Of a DNA stretch of 64,000 nt, positions 61,038 to 64,000 are shown one piece after another. This DNA comes from Haliotis rubra. Taxonomy: Eukaryota. Position 1 is the stretch's first letter. Every line of letters starts with the position of its first letter. The position numbers were made by a program, and so were the translations under genes. The DNA is taken from assembly GCF_003918875.1 (NCBI RefSeq), contig NW_025767707.1, positions 62,001-126,000 on the forward strand, given 5' to 3'. The notes under the pieces were generated by a model. That model was not told where the DNA came from, made no database searches, and worked only from the letters and a program-made list of their open reading frames with translations.

Positions 61038-62509
61038 CAAACTGTCAGTGGAAATTATGATTTGACTCTGAAAATCAATATGAGAAAGATGTCCCAATTA
61101 GAAAATACCAATAAATGAATGATTTCCAACACAATTCAATCAAAATCATGTTTCACGATTTGTCAGATGAATAGCTTTTGCGTGTGTTTGTCCCTGCCTG
61201 ACGCTCGGCATTAATGGGTACAACAAGGACTGGTCGGCTCGGAGTCAGAGTTGGGTAGTCATGCTTAACTGCGACATGGTATCTCAGTGAGCTAGCACTA
61301 TAAAACCAGCTTAAGTCCGGCTAGTACAAGCAGCCACACATACACGCAAATGCACATCGTCATATGAGCGAAACATTCTTAAGTGCGACGTTAAACCCCA
61401 TTTCACCTGACGTCACCCTTTTGCGAACAAGTAGTATCACCACAAATTAATGGTGAATCTCAAACATGCTTATGACATAGTCGAAATCATATAACGGACT
61501 CTTGTAATTGTTCATCGTCTACTGTCAAATAATCGAGTTTCTGCTATTGGCGCACCCATATCTAAAGTGGAAAGACCATCGAAGGGAGTCTCATTTGTCA
61601 AAATCGAAATGTTACACCGGACTTGGATTTAAGCAGAAATTATGGTTTTGAAATTTTATTGGCTATTTCATCCCAAGCCAGTGATGGCGTCATCATACTA
61701 GCCGGCAGTCGTTCGAGAAGGCATCCTTATATGCATCTGTTATAGGTCCATCTACATCAAGTCTGAATCAGTCGTTCAACCAGTAGTTTTCGTACATTCA
61801 GTGCAGATTGAGACATCTGGCAGCAGTGACTGGATAATTTTAAGTTTTGTATTTTTAAATCGCAATGTTTTATTTAACTAATCAAGTTTATAAAGGTTTT
61901 ATTTAATATTTATTTCTTATTGCTGTTGTAAGTAGTTGCACGAGCAAACATGATGACTTACGCTGAATGTGACCATCGGAACCGGAAACCATCATACATT
62001 TCATTATAATGTATATCGCTATACAGGTTCATATAACGATACTTTGTGCTCATCTGTAGCGCGATATTATGGCTGGATGTATTGAATGTATTGCATGTAT
62101 ATTTTGTTTCAGATTTTATTAAAAGTTTTAACTCCAGTATCACTGTCTGTGATTAATAACGTAGATTTTACAAACTATGTACATGAACTCCAGAACCAGA
62201 ACAGTGGATTTAAGAGCCGAGTCGCTTCTAATTGTGATACTTTTCAATTAACATTGGAATACTGTCTTCCATAAAAGGTTTTAAGATAGATTATATACAT
62301 CCATCTACAGTCAAACCTCGATTATCCGAACAATTCATCAAATATCATCCGGATAAAGAGTTTCCAGATATCTGAAATGCATCATGGCTTTAGCTCACCT
62401 AACATGCAGGCATTTATCTGCACACACGTACAAAGAACCAATCTCACGCAAGTACAAACGTAAAAAGTAAGCGTCAACAAAATGTTTTGCAAAACACAGT
62501 TCACTGTTT

Positions 62510-63170
62510 TGCTGCCCACGGAGGATCAAGCACACAACAAAAACTGTTACTTAGATTTCTACAAGGTGTTATTTATACAAAAAGAGAATTGCTTAAAATG
62601 AAAAAAGTTGATAGCAGTCTATGTTGTTTCTGCAATGATTTAAATGAGAGCGTTTGTCATGTGTACTGGGAATGTCAGGAGGCATAAACCTTTTGGAAAA
62701 ACATACAAATTTGGCTTAACAATTTATACCATCATCCATTGCTATTATCAAAACATATGGTTTGGTTTGGTACTCTACATCATAACATACTACTAAATCC
62801 CATCATCATTGCAGCAAAAAGACACATTTACGTATGCAGTATTAAGAATACGCATCCAAACATAATTTATTTATAAAAGCTCTGAAAGAAATATTCTTTA
62901 TGGAAAACCATATATGCACAAAAAAAAAAATAGAACATTTCAATCATAAATGGGGCCATCTCTTCCCAGTACTTTGATGAATTTAAAATGTATCCATATT
63001 TACCTGATATCATATTTCTCTTTTATTGACTTATATGTGTGTAATAACATGATATTGACATAATACCTGTACATCATGTATCTGTCTGTACATCACTTTT
63101 GTACAGCTGACATTGAAATCTTGGGATCCAATAAAACAAAACTCAAAAAGAAAGTAAAGAAAAGAAAAAG
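62510..63170 (+). mobile_element. L1/Tx1-like LINE 3' fragment (zf-RVT region plus A-rich tail)
   Basis: It encodes LLKMKKVDSSLCCFCNDLNESVCHVYWEC...FWKNIQIWL and IIIAAKRHIY, with AATAAA at ~63130 and then an A-rich tail. Confidence 0.75.
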
Positions 63171-64000
63171 CTGTTACTTTCATACATGTGTCTATATCCA
63201 CATCAATATAACATACGTGATATAGAAGGTCTATTTCTGCGGATGCTGTGTGAGATCATGAACACACAATTACTAAGGTAATTACTAAGACTTCATTAAT
63301 TTAATCTGTATTTTAGATTATACAGACAGACAGACAGATAGATAATGGAATGCTGCACTTGACTAGTGGTGCTATAAACCAGATTCACCATGCACAGCGG
63401 CCTGCACATATACGGATTTCATTTGTTAAGAATAATTTGTGAAACATATTAAGTATTAGGAAATATCTGCACTGTAATTATTCCATTGATCATATAAAAT
63501 ATTGCTTTGCTAAGTAACATCATTTGCATTTGCATCGAATTGTCAAATCAAGCTTTCATAATTAACTTACCGCACCGATAACGCTACGAACCATATAACA
63601 TTATGACGTTATCATACCAACATGTGATAGACCGACGGTCCTTGACCCACTGACTCGAAATAACTACTCCATAAGAGATAACGCTATATAGGACATGCAG
63701 CCCAGCCGTGTCAACTGTCAGGTATGTAGACGCACACGATTTTTACTTAAATTAGGAGATTGTTGTGAAGGTAGTTGACCCAAGATATTGTTAGTCACGT
63801 GACCTGGGGACCGCTTTGATCTGACTGTGCACTGTAAGGCTGCATAAGGTTGCGGATACTTAGAATGTTATAACTGATTGAGTATATGTGTCATTGTACA
63901 TGTAACATAGAGGTATTCATTTATCTGTTACGGGCCACAGAGCTATTAACGTCCTTCGTGATAAAACTTGAACATTGCACACAATATCTGTACAATACCA

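Overview
AT-rich, repeat-dense animal genomic DNA with spliceosomal introns. A mollusc or other lophotrochozoan is likely, inferred only from the SINE/LINE types. Host genes are on the + strand. There is a tandem cluster of three SLC1A (EAAT/ASCT-family) transporter paralogues: copy A has only its last 4 exons in the window, copy B is a pseudogene (frameshift plus loss of three exons), and copy C is a complete 8-exon, 491-aa gene. A 5-exon glycine N-acyltransferase-like GNAT gene follows. The SLC1 proteins have an unusual substrate site: the TM8 Asp that binds the substrate amino group is Gly, NMDGT is NMDGA, the H+/K+-coupling Tyr-Glu pair is Val-Gln or Val-Leu, and the TM8 Arg is kept. Intron 3 of copy B contains an 8.56-kb decayed Maverick/Polinton-like endogenous virus with AGTAGT-terminated inverted repeats. 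It encodes an integrase, probable major and minor capsid proteins, three membrane proteins and two spike-like paralogues, but no polymerase, ATPase or protease. Other elements: a Gypsy 3' half with its LTR, an I/Nimb-like LINE and an RTE-X-like LINE (both with target-site duplications), several SINE families, nested DNA transposons, Penelope-type minimal hammerhead motifs and a 3.3-kb 55-bp satellite. Family assignments come from motif recognition, not database searches.
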